A stretch of 64,000 bases of DNA from Octopus vulgaris (taxonomy: Eukaryota), in NCBI GenBank assembly GCA_951406725.2, contig OX597834.1, forward strand, positions 43,710,001-43,774,000. The letters run 5' to 3'. A program made the position numbers and the translations under genes. This document shows, in pieces, positions 13,847 through 26,985 of this stretch. Position 1 is the first letter of the stretch. Each line of letters begins with the position of its first letter. Below the pieces are notes generated by a model that did not search any database, was not told the origin of the DNA, and saw nothing but the letters and a program-made list of their open reading frames with translations.

Positions 13847-14098
13847 AGTGGTTAGAGCAGCGAACAAGTGGTCGAGGCGAACAAGTGGTCGAGCGGTGCG
13901 TGTGTTTATGAGCGAAACACCTAAGCTCCACGCGACACCGGCAGAAGGTAATGGCGAACTTCTGCTGACTCTTTCTTTCGCCACAACTTTCTCTCACTCT
14001 TTCCTCCTGCATCAGGCAGCTCACCCGCGACGGGCCGGCGTCCTGTCCAGGTGGGGAACCTATGCACCAAGGAAACTGGGAAAACCGGCTCGAGAAGG

Positions 14099-14100
<2 letters not shown>
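13847..14100 (+). mobile_element. SINE family D
   Basis: GTGGTTAGAGCAGCG..GAAACACCTAAGCTCCACGCG..CCGGCAGAAGGTAATG..GTCCAGGTGGGGAACC; matches 32718-33020. Confidence 0.85.
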
Positions 14101-14162
<62 letters not shown>

Positions 14163-14776
14163 CATATGTATTTATATAATTTATATATCATATATGTTAT
14201 ATATGAATTTTATATATGTATGTATGAATATATCAATCTATCTACCACTTTCTCTCTTTCTCTCTCTCTCTCTCTTTATATATATATATACATACATACA
14301 TATATATATTTAGAGAGAAAGAGAGAGAGGGGGAGAGAGAGAAAGAGAGAGAGAAACTGTAACAGAGAGAGAGGTCAGACAGGCATAAAACAGATAGACT
14401 GACAGAGCGATATACATGCAATGTGTGCGCGCGCGTGTGTGTGTGTGTGTGTGTGTACGAATGCTTATTTGCGCGAGTGCACGTGTAGCTTATATCATTA
14501 AATATAAAAAACAAAGCAATCAACTTAATTTGGTCATCACGGATGAATAAATAATGACCTAATGAATTTCTTTTTCCCGCCTCAGGTAAAGCAGATAATT
14601 AATCCATCCATACGCGCACATACACCCACGAACTCGTATGTATCTATGTACGAACGAAATCATTCATGTACATACGTATATATACATACATATATCTATA
14701 TATCTATATAAATATATATATATTTATATATATATATATATGTATATATATATACACGTATGTATGCATGTATGTC

Positions 14777-14832
<56 letters not shown>

Positions 14833-15259
14833 AGTATGTATATATATATATATGCAAGTATATATATATATATATGTATGTGTATACAATTGATATTTGG
14901 AGCAGATGAGGTCATGAAGCAATCAGTGATGACTTTCTTTCATGTGTTTAGACGGCAGTGTAATATATGAGTTGTTGATTACTTATCAAAGAGCGAATAG
15001 TATTAAAAACTGGAACAATTTTGCGGAGATAACATCTAAAATACCAACATCAATGATTAACTGAGTTCAGCTGAAATAAATATATTCTGATTAAAGTTGG
15101 AGGTAATTTCGTATTCGGCGTAGCTGCTACAGCGAAATAGTGTTGTTGGCATGTCTCGATGTCGGTGAGAGAGGCGACGAGATGCCAGTTCGTACGGGCA
15201 TTGTATTGTAGCTGTCACCGCGTTAAAATCGTTGACCAAATATTTCTTGTTTGTTTAGC

Positions 15260-15480
15260 CACAGGTCAACTCTGATCAAGATCATAACAACGAAAAAGGT
15301 CTTAAGATTAAAGAACTTTCTGTCTATGACTATCACCAGTATTATTTCAGATATTGTATACCTAAGACTCCACGTTTTGTGTACATATATATATATGTAT
15401 ATTTTTAAGATGGTAGTAGGTGGATATGAGGGACAATTGGTTGTTATATCTAGCACGTGATATGACCTCATAATGAGTTC
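15260..15480. mobile_element. Degenerate interspersed repeat, class unresolved
   Basis: TGAGGGACAATTGGTTGTTATATCTAGCA resembles TGAGGGCGATTGGGTTACTTTTTCTAGCA at ~10404-10432. Confidence 0.35.
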
Positions 15481-15926
15481 CGTGTTGAATCGTAGTCCTA
15501 ATTTCTTCTCCTCTTTGTCGTTCGACTTAATAGAAATGCAACAAAACTCCCCTCAGGTTTTTTTTCTGTTAATACACCGTCAAATGAAACTCATTTCGGA
15601 GACGAAGTTTTGGATTCTCGTAAAGAAAAATTAAAAGACAGGATACAATTGCCCAGCTAGTGCTTAGCCGGGAATAAGCAACATCAAGCACCACATTCAA
15701 ACAGATGGCGGTCATTTTGCTGCTCCAGATTACATTTTAGATTGATTTTCTCTTTGATACAAGATGGCCGCTCGGGGCGTTGGTGATGTCTCTAATCACC
15801 ATCGGATGAATGTGCTAAAGATCACAAGCATAGTAACTAGTTTTAAAATCTTTATAAGAGATTAAATTTTGGGCTGTTCGGAAAGTTCGTGCCGCTTTTT
15901 AAAGGAAAGAAAAAGGTCAATAAATA

Positions 15927-16437
15927 CCGTAAATCCTCGAGTGTAGTCCGCCCTTGAGTATAATATGCAGGAGATTTTTAGATGGCTGTACATCTGAAAA
16001 ACTTTAACCTTGTGTATAATATGCACCCCTTCTCTAACTTGAGTCAAGGAGGTCTATATAACGTCCTTGGTTTGTAAAAATATATACGGTAACGTCCTTT
16101 ATTATTATTGTATATATAACATAATGGAAACGTGTAGCTTTTTTGTGCATTTTGTTAGCAGAAAATAAAGAAATAACAGTAATAACGTTTAATAAATGTT
16201 GCTTACTGCAAGTTATGGATGATTCTTTTATGGCTTCATTGCTTTCAGGTTTAGCTTAAGGTATTTTCGCGCCCGACATCACATAATGCGTCGGAATAAA
16301 CATTGCCGGACAGCAAATAGAGACTCGGACATTGCTTAGGAAATATTTTTCATTTTTAACCTCGTATATAGTACGCACTGGGGATTTTGACCTTTAAATT
16401 TTGGGATAAAATGCGGGTTATACTCGAGGATTTACGG
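15927..16437. mobile_element. MITE (pogo/Tigger-like termini) nested in the mariner
   Basis: TIRs CCGTAAATCCTCGAGTGTA / TATACTCGAGGATTTACGG, TA duplicated at 15925-26 and 16438-39. Confidence 0.85.
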
Positions 16438-16454
16438 TACTTGCCATTACATTT

Positions 16455-16766
16455 TTAATTAGCCAAATATGAACCATTTTGTTGCACAATGCGTCTCCAT
16501 CTTTCCTTTAACTTGAAAATACCCTCTTCCCAGAATTGAGGTGGTTTCATAGCAAAGAATTCATCAAGGTATCTTTTTACGTCATCCAAGGAATTGAAAT
16601 GTTTGCCATTAAGACTATTCTACAGAGACCTGAATAAATGTAAATCCGAAGGAGCAATATCTGGTGAATATGGAGGGTGGGGGTAACACATCCCAGCCGA
16701 GCTGCAGCAATTTTTGTCTGGTTCCCAAAGCATCAATTGCTGAAAATGAACTTTCTTATCTTCCAT
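16455..16766 (-). pseudogene. Mariner transposase remnant (N-terminus fused out of frame to C-terminus)
   Basis: MEDKKVHFQQLMLWE joined to LGTRQKLLQLGWDVLPHPPYSPDIAPSDLHLFRSL*..KLKERWRRIVQQNGSYLAN*; YSPD(I/L)APSD is the mariner signature. Confidence 0.9.
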
Positions 16767-16963
16767 TTTCAAGAGTTACAAAATTAACCCAGGTTATAGG
16801 AACATAAACCTTCTTCCACGAAAAGATAGCTTAAACTGTGCTCTAAATGGAGGTGTAGTCAAATCCTATTTTATGGACTCAACTATGTTCTAAAATAAGT
16901 CGAAAGTTAAACTACTATAAGTCGGCACGAACTTTCCGGACAACCCAGTAGTAACTCTACTGG

Positions 16964-17118
16964 AAAGTAATGGTTGTTACTACCTCAACGTGGTTGTTCC
17001 AGACACAGTTATATTGTGTCGTTATCCAGCTGAAGGAGGTATCCTCCGGGGGTTAAAAAGACTAGAAACTTTGTTCTGTACGGAATAAACACGTTGAGGT
17101 GGTAACAGACATTACTTT
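16964..17118. repeat. Imperfect inverted repeat (37-bp arms) enclosing a degenerate hammerhead-like core
   Basis: 16964-17000 vs 17082-17118, 32/37 matches; spacer CAG-CTGAAGG..GAAAC-TTT-GTT-CTG. Confidence 0.65.
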
Positions 17119-17173
17119 TGTAGTAAAGATAGTTACACACAAGCTGGAAATTTGATCTAAATATCTACAAAAT

Positions 17174-17360
17174 GTACAGGTGTGGCTGTGTGAGAAAACG
17201 TTTTCTTCCTACCCACATGGATCCGGGTTCAGTCCCACTGTGTCGCACCTTGGGCAAGTGTCTTCAACTATAGCTTGGAGTGGATTCGTTCGAGTAAAGT
17301 TTTTCAAAGCGGTGCTCCAGCATGGCTGTAATCTAATGACAAACAAATAAAAGAAAAAAT
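17174..17360 (+). mobile_element. SINE family A, internally deleted
   Basis: Head and CORE-like part joined directly to tail GCGGTGCTCCAGCATGGCTG. Confidence 0.8.
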
Positions 17361-17515
17361 AGAACAGTGTAGAGTTTATTCAAAGCAACCAAGATTGCGT
17401 CCCTTTTAGGTACAAGATGGCCGCTCGGATCCGTTGGTGATGCTTTTAGTCCTCATCGGATGAATGTGGTAAAGATAGTTACATTCGAACTAGAAATTTT
17501 GTCTAAATATCTACA

Positions 17516-17714
17516 TGTGCAGGCGTAGGTGTGTGGTAATATGTTTGCTTCCTAACAACATGGTTTCTGGTTCAGACCCACTGCGTGGTACCTTGGACAA
17601 GTGCCTTCTATTATAACTGGAAGTGGATTCATTCGACAAAGGTTGTTCAAATCGGTGCCCCAGCATGGCTGTAGTCTAATAACAACCGAGTGAAAGAGAA
17701 AAAAGAATAAAAGA
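17516..17714 (+). mobile_element. SINE family A, internally deleted (tandem duplicate of the preceding copy)
   Basis: Same deletion junction (GTGGATTCRTTCGA) and same upstream flank (GTAAAGATAGTTACA..CTAAATATCTACA) as 17174-17360. Confidence 0.8.
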
Positions 17715-18484
17715 ACAGAGTATAGTCTGTTAGCGGCATCCAAGTGCCAGGTGGTGGTCTTCAGTAAGGTGATGGATGAAGTAGACAACCAAAACTCTGT
17801 GCCGTTCATTCGATAGGAAAATGATGTAGATTCAGTTTACGTAAATTTAGTCAAAATTTTGAATTGATTGATTTGTAGCTCTGTTTGCGGTTACTTTGAA
17901 AAAGTGACGCGCCTTATGATCGAACCCGGATTCATGTGACTGCAGAGCAAGCAACTTAATCACACGTCCATACTTGTCTACAATTTCATTTTGTAAGAAT
18001 GACGACTACTAAGGCACTGGTCACAAGTGGAATATCTATTCATCGTTTGATGCATTTGATTAAAAACATTTCGTGAGATCTTCAAGAGAACCTTTCACAC
18101 TTAAACGAATAAATAATTTGTGAGTTCGGCACATCGGCGCATCGACGCACATTGCAAGACTTTTTAGAAGATATGCGCAGTTGATTGAATTATAGCCACT
18201 CCACATATTTCATCGGCTTCACAATAATGAAAGTTGTTAGAGTGTTGGGGAAAATACCTCGCGCCATTTGTTACTATTCACTGCGCTCTCAATTATCAAA
18301 TCACGACGAGATTAACTTTGACCATCATTCCAGTCCAGAATGGTAGAATGGTAGAATTTTAAAGTGCATATTCTTGCCAAAACTTCATCGGGACGATTCT
18401 GGAGAGATTTGAACCCAGAACGAAAAAGATTGTGTCTGAATACACCATGCTCTCTACACGCTTTGTAACATGATGAAAATAGTA

Positions 18485-18975
18485 TTTCAAATTTTGAGCA
18501 CAAGGCCAGCAATCCCAGGAGAAGTGGTAAGTCAATGACATTGATCCCAGTGCGCAACTGGTACTTATTTTGTCGACCCCCGAAAAGAAAATGAACGATA
18601 AAGTCGATCGCGGCGGAATTTGCACTCAGAACATAAAGAGATTTTATTTAAACACATCGTACCATTTTATCCGGCTCTCGACACGCTGGTCATTCTACAT
18701 TTATACTCCAATCCTCAGCAGTAATAATCCAACGAGAAAAAATATTTTAAAATTTTGGCACATGGCCACCAATCCTGAGAGAAGTGGTAAGTCGATAACT
18801 GATACTTGTTTTGTCGACCGCGAAAGGATGAAAAGTAAATTCCTCGACCTCAGAGGAATTTGAACTCAGAACGTAAGGAGACGTTATCCAAACACACCGT
18901 ACCATTTTGTGCGGCTCTCTACACACTAGTCATTCTACCTTTATTCTCCAATCCTTAGCAATAATAATGATAACC
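18485..18975 (-). mobile_element. Two tandem diverged SINE family B copies with shared flank
   Basis: GCACAAGGCC..GTCGACCCCCGAAA..GGAATTTGCACTCAGAAC repeated at ~18490 and ~18755, each followed by ..CATTCTAC..CTCCAATCCT.AGCA.TAATAAT. Confidence 0.75.
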
Positions 18976-19769
18976 CCATGGAAATAATAACAATAACAAA
19001 ATATATATAATGAAAAGGGGAAAATACAGAAGCGCCGTTCCAAAATTATCTGCTGACACGCATTTTCTATTCCTACTTCGTTAAGTTAACGCTCTAATTT
19101 TCACCCTTATTCAACATATTTCTTTATTTCGTGATATTGAAGGGATTTCGCTATCTTTTTTCTGTTTACATTCGTTTCATATTCTTTCGTTTTTGCTTCG
19201 CTTTTATAAAGAGTTAGATTTTATCTTTCTTTCTTTTTTTTTTCTTTAAGTTGAGATAGGAAAGATTCTTGAAAGACTACGCACCCCTACGTATGTTGTT
19301 ATAGACATAAATGCATTCAAACACACACTCACATACATATATACATATCCACACACACACACAAACAAGTGTGTGTGTGTGTGTGTGTGTGATTGTGTTT
19401 GTGCCTCTGTGTGTGCGTATTCCCAATTGGGTATTACCATCTTCTTTTAACTTGATTCCTGTTTGTACACGTACGCTCTTCTTTTAATATTGTATATAAA
19501 TAGATAAATATATAATAAATATGTAAAATATAAACACCCACCTACATATATATATAGTACATTATGTTCCTAATATACATACATACACATATATGTTTGT
19601 GTATGTGTGTGTGTGTGTTGTCTGTATGTATTCATATGACAGTAGATAGATAAGCGAGTGGGAATCACATTTTTGTGATGGGTTATCAATAAAAAAAATA
19701 TGGAATATAAATTCATCAAAGTTAAAAAGAAGGTTCTCTTTCTAAGATACCTTATTAACATTATTATTA

Positions 19770-19845
<76 letters not shown>

Positions 19846-20892
19846 TGCTGTTGTCATTGTTGTTGTTTTCGATATCTTCACGAATAAAATAAAATCTTTC
19901 ATTTTTTTTTATACTATCTTTTTTTTTTCATTTTCATGTTCATTTTTTTTTTTTGCTTTTCTTATTTGTTATTTTATTAATTATTGTGTCGAATAGTTTT
20001 ATAGGGTGTTTTTTTTTTTGGAAATTTTCATTCTATTTTATTTTATTGTATTTATTCATTTATTTATTTATGTTTTCTTGTATTCTCTCCCCATTGAATT
20101 GGATGAAGCCGAATAAAACAGTATAAAGGAGAAAACGAAATAATTCCATCGCCATTCATTCTTAGTTTCTTGTATTTGTTGTATCAAAGTGATAATAACG
20201 GTGCCAAACACCGAAATGTCTTCTTCGCATACATATTAACGAAAGATGTTAATATAATACTTTGTCCAATTTCAGTTTTCATTTAATTTCAGAAAGTTCA
20301 TGAATGAAAAAAATAAATAAATAAAAAGAACAATTTCAACAAAAAAGCAACAAAAAAAAAATTGGACGACCTATTATTAACAGATACGACAACAGCCGCA
20401 TATTATTATTATTATTATTATTATTATTAGGTCTTTTATGATTAAATAATGATGGCGACGATGATGACGTTGATGGTGGTGTTGATGATAAAATAGTGAC
20501 GAGGCGTTGAAGAAATATGAAGATAATTAAAAATGTGCGTGTGTCGAGATTATTAATAGCATGGCGCGCACGCGCACACACACACACACTCACAGACACA
20601 CAAAAGGAGACAAACACAGACACACACAAACATACACGCACACACATACACACACACACAAGCATTGATATCGGTGATATCGCCAAAAAGTCGAAGCAAA
20701 AGATGAAAGACACAGATTTAAGTAAATTCCCAAGAGAGATGAATTCTCTTCACTTTTCCACCTACACTCTCTATTCTGTTCCATCTTTCTCATTTTGACT
20801 TCTCTATCTATTTCTCTCTTTCTTTCTACTCTTTCTCCTCCTGTCTCTCTCCATCTCTCTCTCTCTCTCTCCCTACACACACACACACACAC

Positions 20893-20934
<42 letters not shown>

Positions 20935-21589
20935 TTGTCTTCCTATCTTTCTGTATTTCATAACTTTGTTCTAAAGAATCCAAACTTTGGTTTTTGCCAT
21001 TCCTCAACAAAAATTTTACTTTATACTACTGCGGGCTTTTCTTATTCATGTCCTTAAAAGTTACCATTTTTTAAAAATAAGCACCGATAGGCGTAGATAC
21101 TGCGATTTAATTTCAAATCACTGTCGAAACCATTTTATAATTTGTACGGATTCCTCACAGGCCTAAAACCCAGTAATTTTGAAAGAATCCTCTCAAGATG
21201 GATGAGAGGAGCGAAGAAAACAATTCCGACTTCGGGGGCGTTGCAGTGGTGTGGGTGTTTCAATTCTCAGGTGGGAGACTCCGTCTGAATCTTTGCAGCT
21301 GGACTCCACTATAGGAACCCAAGGGGGAAATACCGGTTTTAAATGTGAGGACAATTAAAGTTAAGCTAAAAGTTTAGGGTAGTGACGTCACTTATTTGTT
21401 TGGTGTTTAGTGATGACTCTATTACTGAATTTAGGGAAGGAATCAAAGAGGCTCACTGTTCAAACCACAGATGGCCTTCACTTGATTTTATTTCGGGTGG
21501 ACCTCAGTGCCAAACTTTTGACCAAGAATAAAATATTGCAAATGGAATATAACTTTGGGCATTGAATGTTAAAATTCTAATTTTCAGAC

Positions 21590-21618
21590 CTCGATTCCAA
21601 ACTTTTGAACACGACTGT
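21590..21618 (-). mobile_element. Tc1-like terminal inverted repeat (orphan)
   Basis: Minus strand TA|CAGTCGTGTTCAAAAGTTTGGAATC resembles Tc1-family CAGT..CAAAAGT termini; partner TIR not found. Confidence 0.4.
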
Positions 21619-21872
21619 ATGGAAATGCCTTTCTTCCTTACAAGCGTCATCAGCACAGCATTGATTTAGATTCTCTCCATTACTGTATTGCTATCACATG
21701 GGCCCCAAATTCCGTTTCCAAGACCAGCTCAAGGCTACTCACCTCCGCTGCTCCACTGACCTAAATACCTGGGAGGCAATTGCCTAGGACCACCCAAAGT
21801 GGTAAGGTCTCATCGTCAAGGAACGGAGCAGATGGAAAATAACATACTCCAAAAGGCAGAGATCAGACGTCG

Positions 21873-22043
21873 AAGGTGCGATCCCTACTGTACACTTTCG
21901 CCCCAACTTTCTCTCACTCTTTCTTCTGTTGGCCTGCTCGTTTAGCCAGCGGGGTGGTGTCATTTGAAGGCTAAAGCAATGCGAAGCGCATTGTGACCAG
22001 CGATGTGTAGCAACATCTGATAGCCTGGTCGATCACGGTGATA
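21873..22043 (+). mobile_element. SINE family D-related 3' part with an alternative tail
   Basis: CTTTCGCCCCAACTTTCTCTCACTCTTTC shared with family D, then a distinct tail ending GGTCGATCACGGTGAT. Confidence 0.6.
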
Positions 22044-22930
22044 TTTCCCGCTACTGCCATGGTTACACATGCTCTCCTTTATACCCGACGACACCTTCGA
22101 TAAAAGTTCCCGTCTTTATATCGAACGCGACAAAATCTCGCTCGAATTGATACAGTATATCTCTTCCTCTCTTAATTCACATACATACTGAAGTGGATTT
22201 ATACGCTTACTCTGGAAATTTACAATCTTGTCTCCTAATATAAGAAATCGGTATTAAATAGAACAAGAAAATAAGTCGGCGAATTCGGCCGAATCTGATT
22301 GCGATAGATATTGCTAAAACAACATGGTGTTCAACTGAAGAATTATCTTTGACATCAAACCATATGTTTGGTGTTTCGTAAATGACGAATTAATGTGTCT
22401 GTTTGCTTAGTAGCAACGAATTTCCAATGAATCTAGTTAGCCATTGAGCTGAGTAAGTACGGGAGGAGACAATTAAATATAAATAGAATGGCCATTTATT
22501 AAAGCACCGGCAGGTCGCTCTCGTTCCGTCTCTGGCCAGAAATGTTAAAGTAATAGCATGAAATTACTTCTCCGAGCAACACTGCTGCTATCACCGACAC
22601 TACAACAACAACAACAACAACAAAAATAACTACTACTACTTCTACCACCACCGCCACCACCACATCCGCCACCACTAGGACCACCAATGCCACCACCACC
22701 GCCGCCACCGCCGCCACCACTATCACCACCAATTTCACCACCACCAACAACACCATCAACTCCAATAACACCACCACCTCCACCCCAAAATCATCCCTCA
22801 TTCCACCATGACCACCACCACGACCACCACTTCCGCCACCTGGTGTTATTAACCCATTCTATAACAAATCTATAACGACGTATTACAAACCTTCCACCGA
22901 TCTACGTATGTGATTAAGAACGCACTTGTG

Positions 22931-22994
<64 letters not shown>

Positions 22995-23015
22995 TTACTA
23001 CTGCTGCTGCTGCTG

Positions 23016-23075
<60 letters not shown>

Positions 23076-23089
23076 GTTATAATAATTAC

Positions 23090-23622
23090 TGCCTGAAGCA
23101 GTGGCTCTCATAGCTTCTGATCTAAGGAAGTGTTATCACGTACATTGTTTTGTCTTGGTATAAAAGATGGGCTGCAGCAAATATTCTGATCAATACCACA
23201 GATTTGCTTGTCAGTTGTTTGACCTTAATCTGTTGACCATGGCCCTTAGTGGATGATGATATGTGCATCTCTGATCACGGGCAGAAGTAGTGGGGGATCA
23301 TCATGACCGTGTGTTGAGAGGGATTCTTTGGGGTTTGGATAATGCACCTTTGGAAACATGGGTGCTTTGTTCAGCATCCTTAAACAACCCTTATTCAGGG
23401 ACCATTTGAGCGGGATGGGTTACTCGACCAGAAGAATTCTAACTGGACCCCTCCTGCAAGGCCATGTGCTGTTTATCTTGATATGAGATCACCATGTCTC
23501 GCATATATGGTTGTGATGCAAGTGCCTAGTGTACCCTTATCAGACGGGAAGTCATGATGGGTATACTGGGCTTCGTATATTTTACCCTAGTGTCATTTTG
23601 ATGGTATGCAATCCTCCCTCAC
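23090..23622 (+). mobile_element. Interspersed repeat ending in (AAT)n, probably a LINE 3' UTR
   Basis: About 23150-23520 aligns closely with 38342-38715; both copies abut trinucleotide tracts. Confidence 0.75.
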
Positions 23623-23736
23623 ACTATAATAATAATAACAATAATAATAATAATAATACTTTTATCACTGATATTAATATTGCTGCTGGTGCTACTGATA
23701 TTACTACCACTACTATCACCGCTGCTGCTGCTGCTG

Positions 23737-23788
<52 letters not shown>

Positions 23789-23884
23789 GGCTGCTACTAC
23801 TACTACTACTACTACCACTATTACTACAGCTGCTACTGCTGCTGCTGCTACAACTACTACAACAACTACTACTACGGCTGCTAG

Positions 23885-23918
<34 letters not shown>

Positions 23919-25189
23919 GCTGCTACAGATACTACGACTGCTGCTGCTGCTAGTACTACTACTACTACTACCGTCATCATTATCGTCGTCGTTATCATTA
24001 TTGTAATCATCATTATCATCATCATCATCATAATCGCTATTAAGAACAACAACAACAACAACACCGTAACCATCGTCTTTCTCAATTCCTGTTTTCTTCT
24101 ACTTAAAGTTAGGACCCTTACTCTTTCCCATCATGATTTTCTCTAATCTCCCCCATTACACTTGCCAACAGCAACAGCAACAACAACAACAAACTCTAAA
24201 CGCCACCACCACCACCACCACCACCACTACCACTACCACTACCGCAACCACTTTCACTACGAATACCACCACCACCAACACATCAACTCCAATACCATCA
24301 CCAATACCACCACTACCTCCACCCCAACATAACCCTAATTCCACCACCACTACCTCCGCCACCACTATCACCACCACCACCGCCGCCGCCGCCGCCACCA
24401 CTGTCACCACCAACACCGCCACCACCAACACCATCAACTCCAATACCATCACCAATACCACCACAACCTCCGCCACCACAATCACCACCAGCACCACCAC
24501 CATTAATGCCACCATTATCAACACCACTACCGCAACCACTATCACCACCAATACCACCACCACCGCCAACACCAACAACACCATCAACTCCAATACCACC
24601 ACCACCTCCACCCCAAAATCATTCCTCATTCTTCCACGACCACCACGACCACCACCTCCGCCACCTGGTGTTATTAACCCATTCTATAACAAATCTATAA
24701 CGACGTACTACAAACCTTCCACCGATCTACGTATGTGATTAAGAACGCACTCGTCACTACGAGTTGAAAGTATGAGTGTGAGTGAGAATGCTAGGGTGAG
24801 TGCAGGTGTCAGTGGGAAGTGTTGAGTGCTAAAAGCGAGATTAATAACAGTGGATGTCTTTCTCGGACACAAAGTGATGTGCCAAGTGGACTTATAGAAA
24901 CCTCTCTGGCTGTGTTGTATTAATTAATCGATTTGGCCATAGCATAATTAAACTGAAATGCAAGCTACAAACGGGAATATATATTAAAAATAGATGTAAT
25001 TTATCTAATTAAACTGTCGTTCCAGACCATACTAAGATACGGCAGTATATCAGGTTTTTGTTGGAAGCGAGAGAAAAAGAATGGCAAAGACCTATAAATG
25101 AATTTGGAAAGAAATCGTCCAGGGACACCTGCAGCATCGACACTTAGTAGTCAAGCGTGAGCAAACATTTAAACGTTATCATTTATATT

Positions 25190-25380
25190 CTTTTTTTCTT
25201 ATACTTGCTTCAGCCATACTGGAGCACCGCCTGTAGTCCAACGAATCGACCCTAGGGTTTACCGTCTGTAAGCCTAGTACTTATTTCATCTGGTTTTTTG
25301 TTTTGGCTAGGTTACAGGGACGTAAATACACCAACATAGGTTGCCAAGTGATAGTGGGGGAATAACACAGACACATAAAT
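25190..25380 (-). mobile_element. SINE family A, 3' part
   Basis: CCATACTGGAGCACCGCC..TAAGCCTAGTACTTATT..GGACGTAAATACACC. Confidence 0.75.
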
Positions 25381-25414
25381 ACATACATATATGTATATAT
25401 ACTATATATATACA

Positions 25415-25452
<38 letters not shown>

Positions 25453-25800
25453 TATATATACATATGTAAACCCTCTAATGCCAAATTATGGAAGTCACCT
25501 GTCGATATTTCCCTGAAGAAGCACTGTCCGAAACGTTGGATTTTGCATACCTCCACCTCAGCAAAGTCACTGTATATATATATATATTTGTATATATATA
25601 TACATATATATATGTGTGTGTGTGTGTGTGTGTCTATACGTGTCTCAGTGTAAAGTTAGATTTCAACGTCTGATGAATCTTTCTCGTGTGTAGCATTTCA
25701 AATCGAAATTCCCTATTTAACTGTCAACGCAACCATAGGTATGGATGTGTGGCCTGTATATATACATATACATACATACACACACTCGCACACGCATATA

Positions 25801-25831
<31 letters not shown>

Positions 25832-25864
25832 GATATATAATATATATATACATATATATATATG

Positions 25865-25901
<37 letters not shown>

Positions 25902-26071
25902 CTATGTATTAAGATATATATTAACAATTTAGAACATAAATATAAAACTAAATGTGCATGTATATGTGTGTATGTATGTGAGTGCGTGCGTGCGTGTGTA
26001 AATAAATATATAAATACATGTGTGTTTATGTGAATATTTTATATATTTCAATGCATGTATATTTATTTGTA

Positions 26072-26103
<32 letters not shown>

Positions 26104-26209
26104 CATACATTTATATACCTATATATAGATATGTACATCTATGTATATACATTTATATGTATATATATGTATGTATATATTATATGTATGCACATACATA
26201 TATATATAC

Positions 26210-26261
<52 letters not shown>

Positions 26262-26466
26262 GCTTACATCTATGGATACGTATATATATATATGTATGTA
26301 CTTAGTATGTAGGTATTCATGTATATGTATTCATGAGATAATTGCCGTGAAAGTATGTAATTAAATTGTGAAGCACCTGCGCATAATTTAAAAAAGAAAT
26401 TTCTGTTGCAGACATTGGAAAAAAATGGAAAGAGGAGAAAACGAACAACAATAATAACATTAAATT

Positions 26467-26595
26467 GAAGAAGAAGAAGAAGAAGAAGAAGAAGAAGAAG
26501 AAGAAGAAGAAGAAGAAGAAGAAGAAGAAGAAGAAGAAGAAGAAGAAGAAGAAGAAGAAGAAGAAGAAGAAGAAGAAGAAGAAGAAGAAGAAGAA
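26467..26595. repeat. (GAA)n microsatellite
   Basis: About 43 uninterrupted units. Confidence 0.95.
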
Positions 26596-26909
26596 CGAAA
26601 AAGGAGAAGAACAACGACAGCAGCAACAAAAATAACAACAACAACAACTGGAAGGAGAGCTACAAGTAACGGAAATAAAAACAGATCTTGTCTACCTAAT
26701 TGTCTAACACGCACGCGCACACGCACGCGCACACGCAAACATGCAAACACACATATATACATAGACATACATGTATGTTTTTGTATGTATGCATTATGCT
26801 TTTATGTATGTGTATGTATATATATATCGATCAATTTTCATGTATATATATATATATGTACGTGTACATATATATCTGTATATATATATAAGTAAATATA
26901 TATGAATAA

Positions 26910-26951
<42 letters not shown>

Positions 26952-26985
26952 TCACATATATACATATATACATATATACATTATA

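Larger units (their letters stand above)
15869..16948 (-). mobile_element. Internally deleted mariner transposon
   Basis: TIRs TTGGGCTGTTCGGAAAGTTCGTGCCG / CGGCACGAACTTTCCGGACAACCCAG followed by TA; transposase remnants inside. Confidence 0.9.

Noticed and set aside
24133-24738. Mucin-like Thr-rich ORF
   Set aside because: Built from ACC/CAC repeats; only the short duplicated core is unique and it is reported separately.
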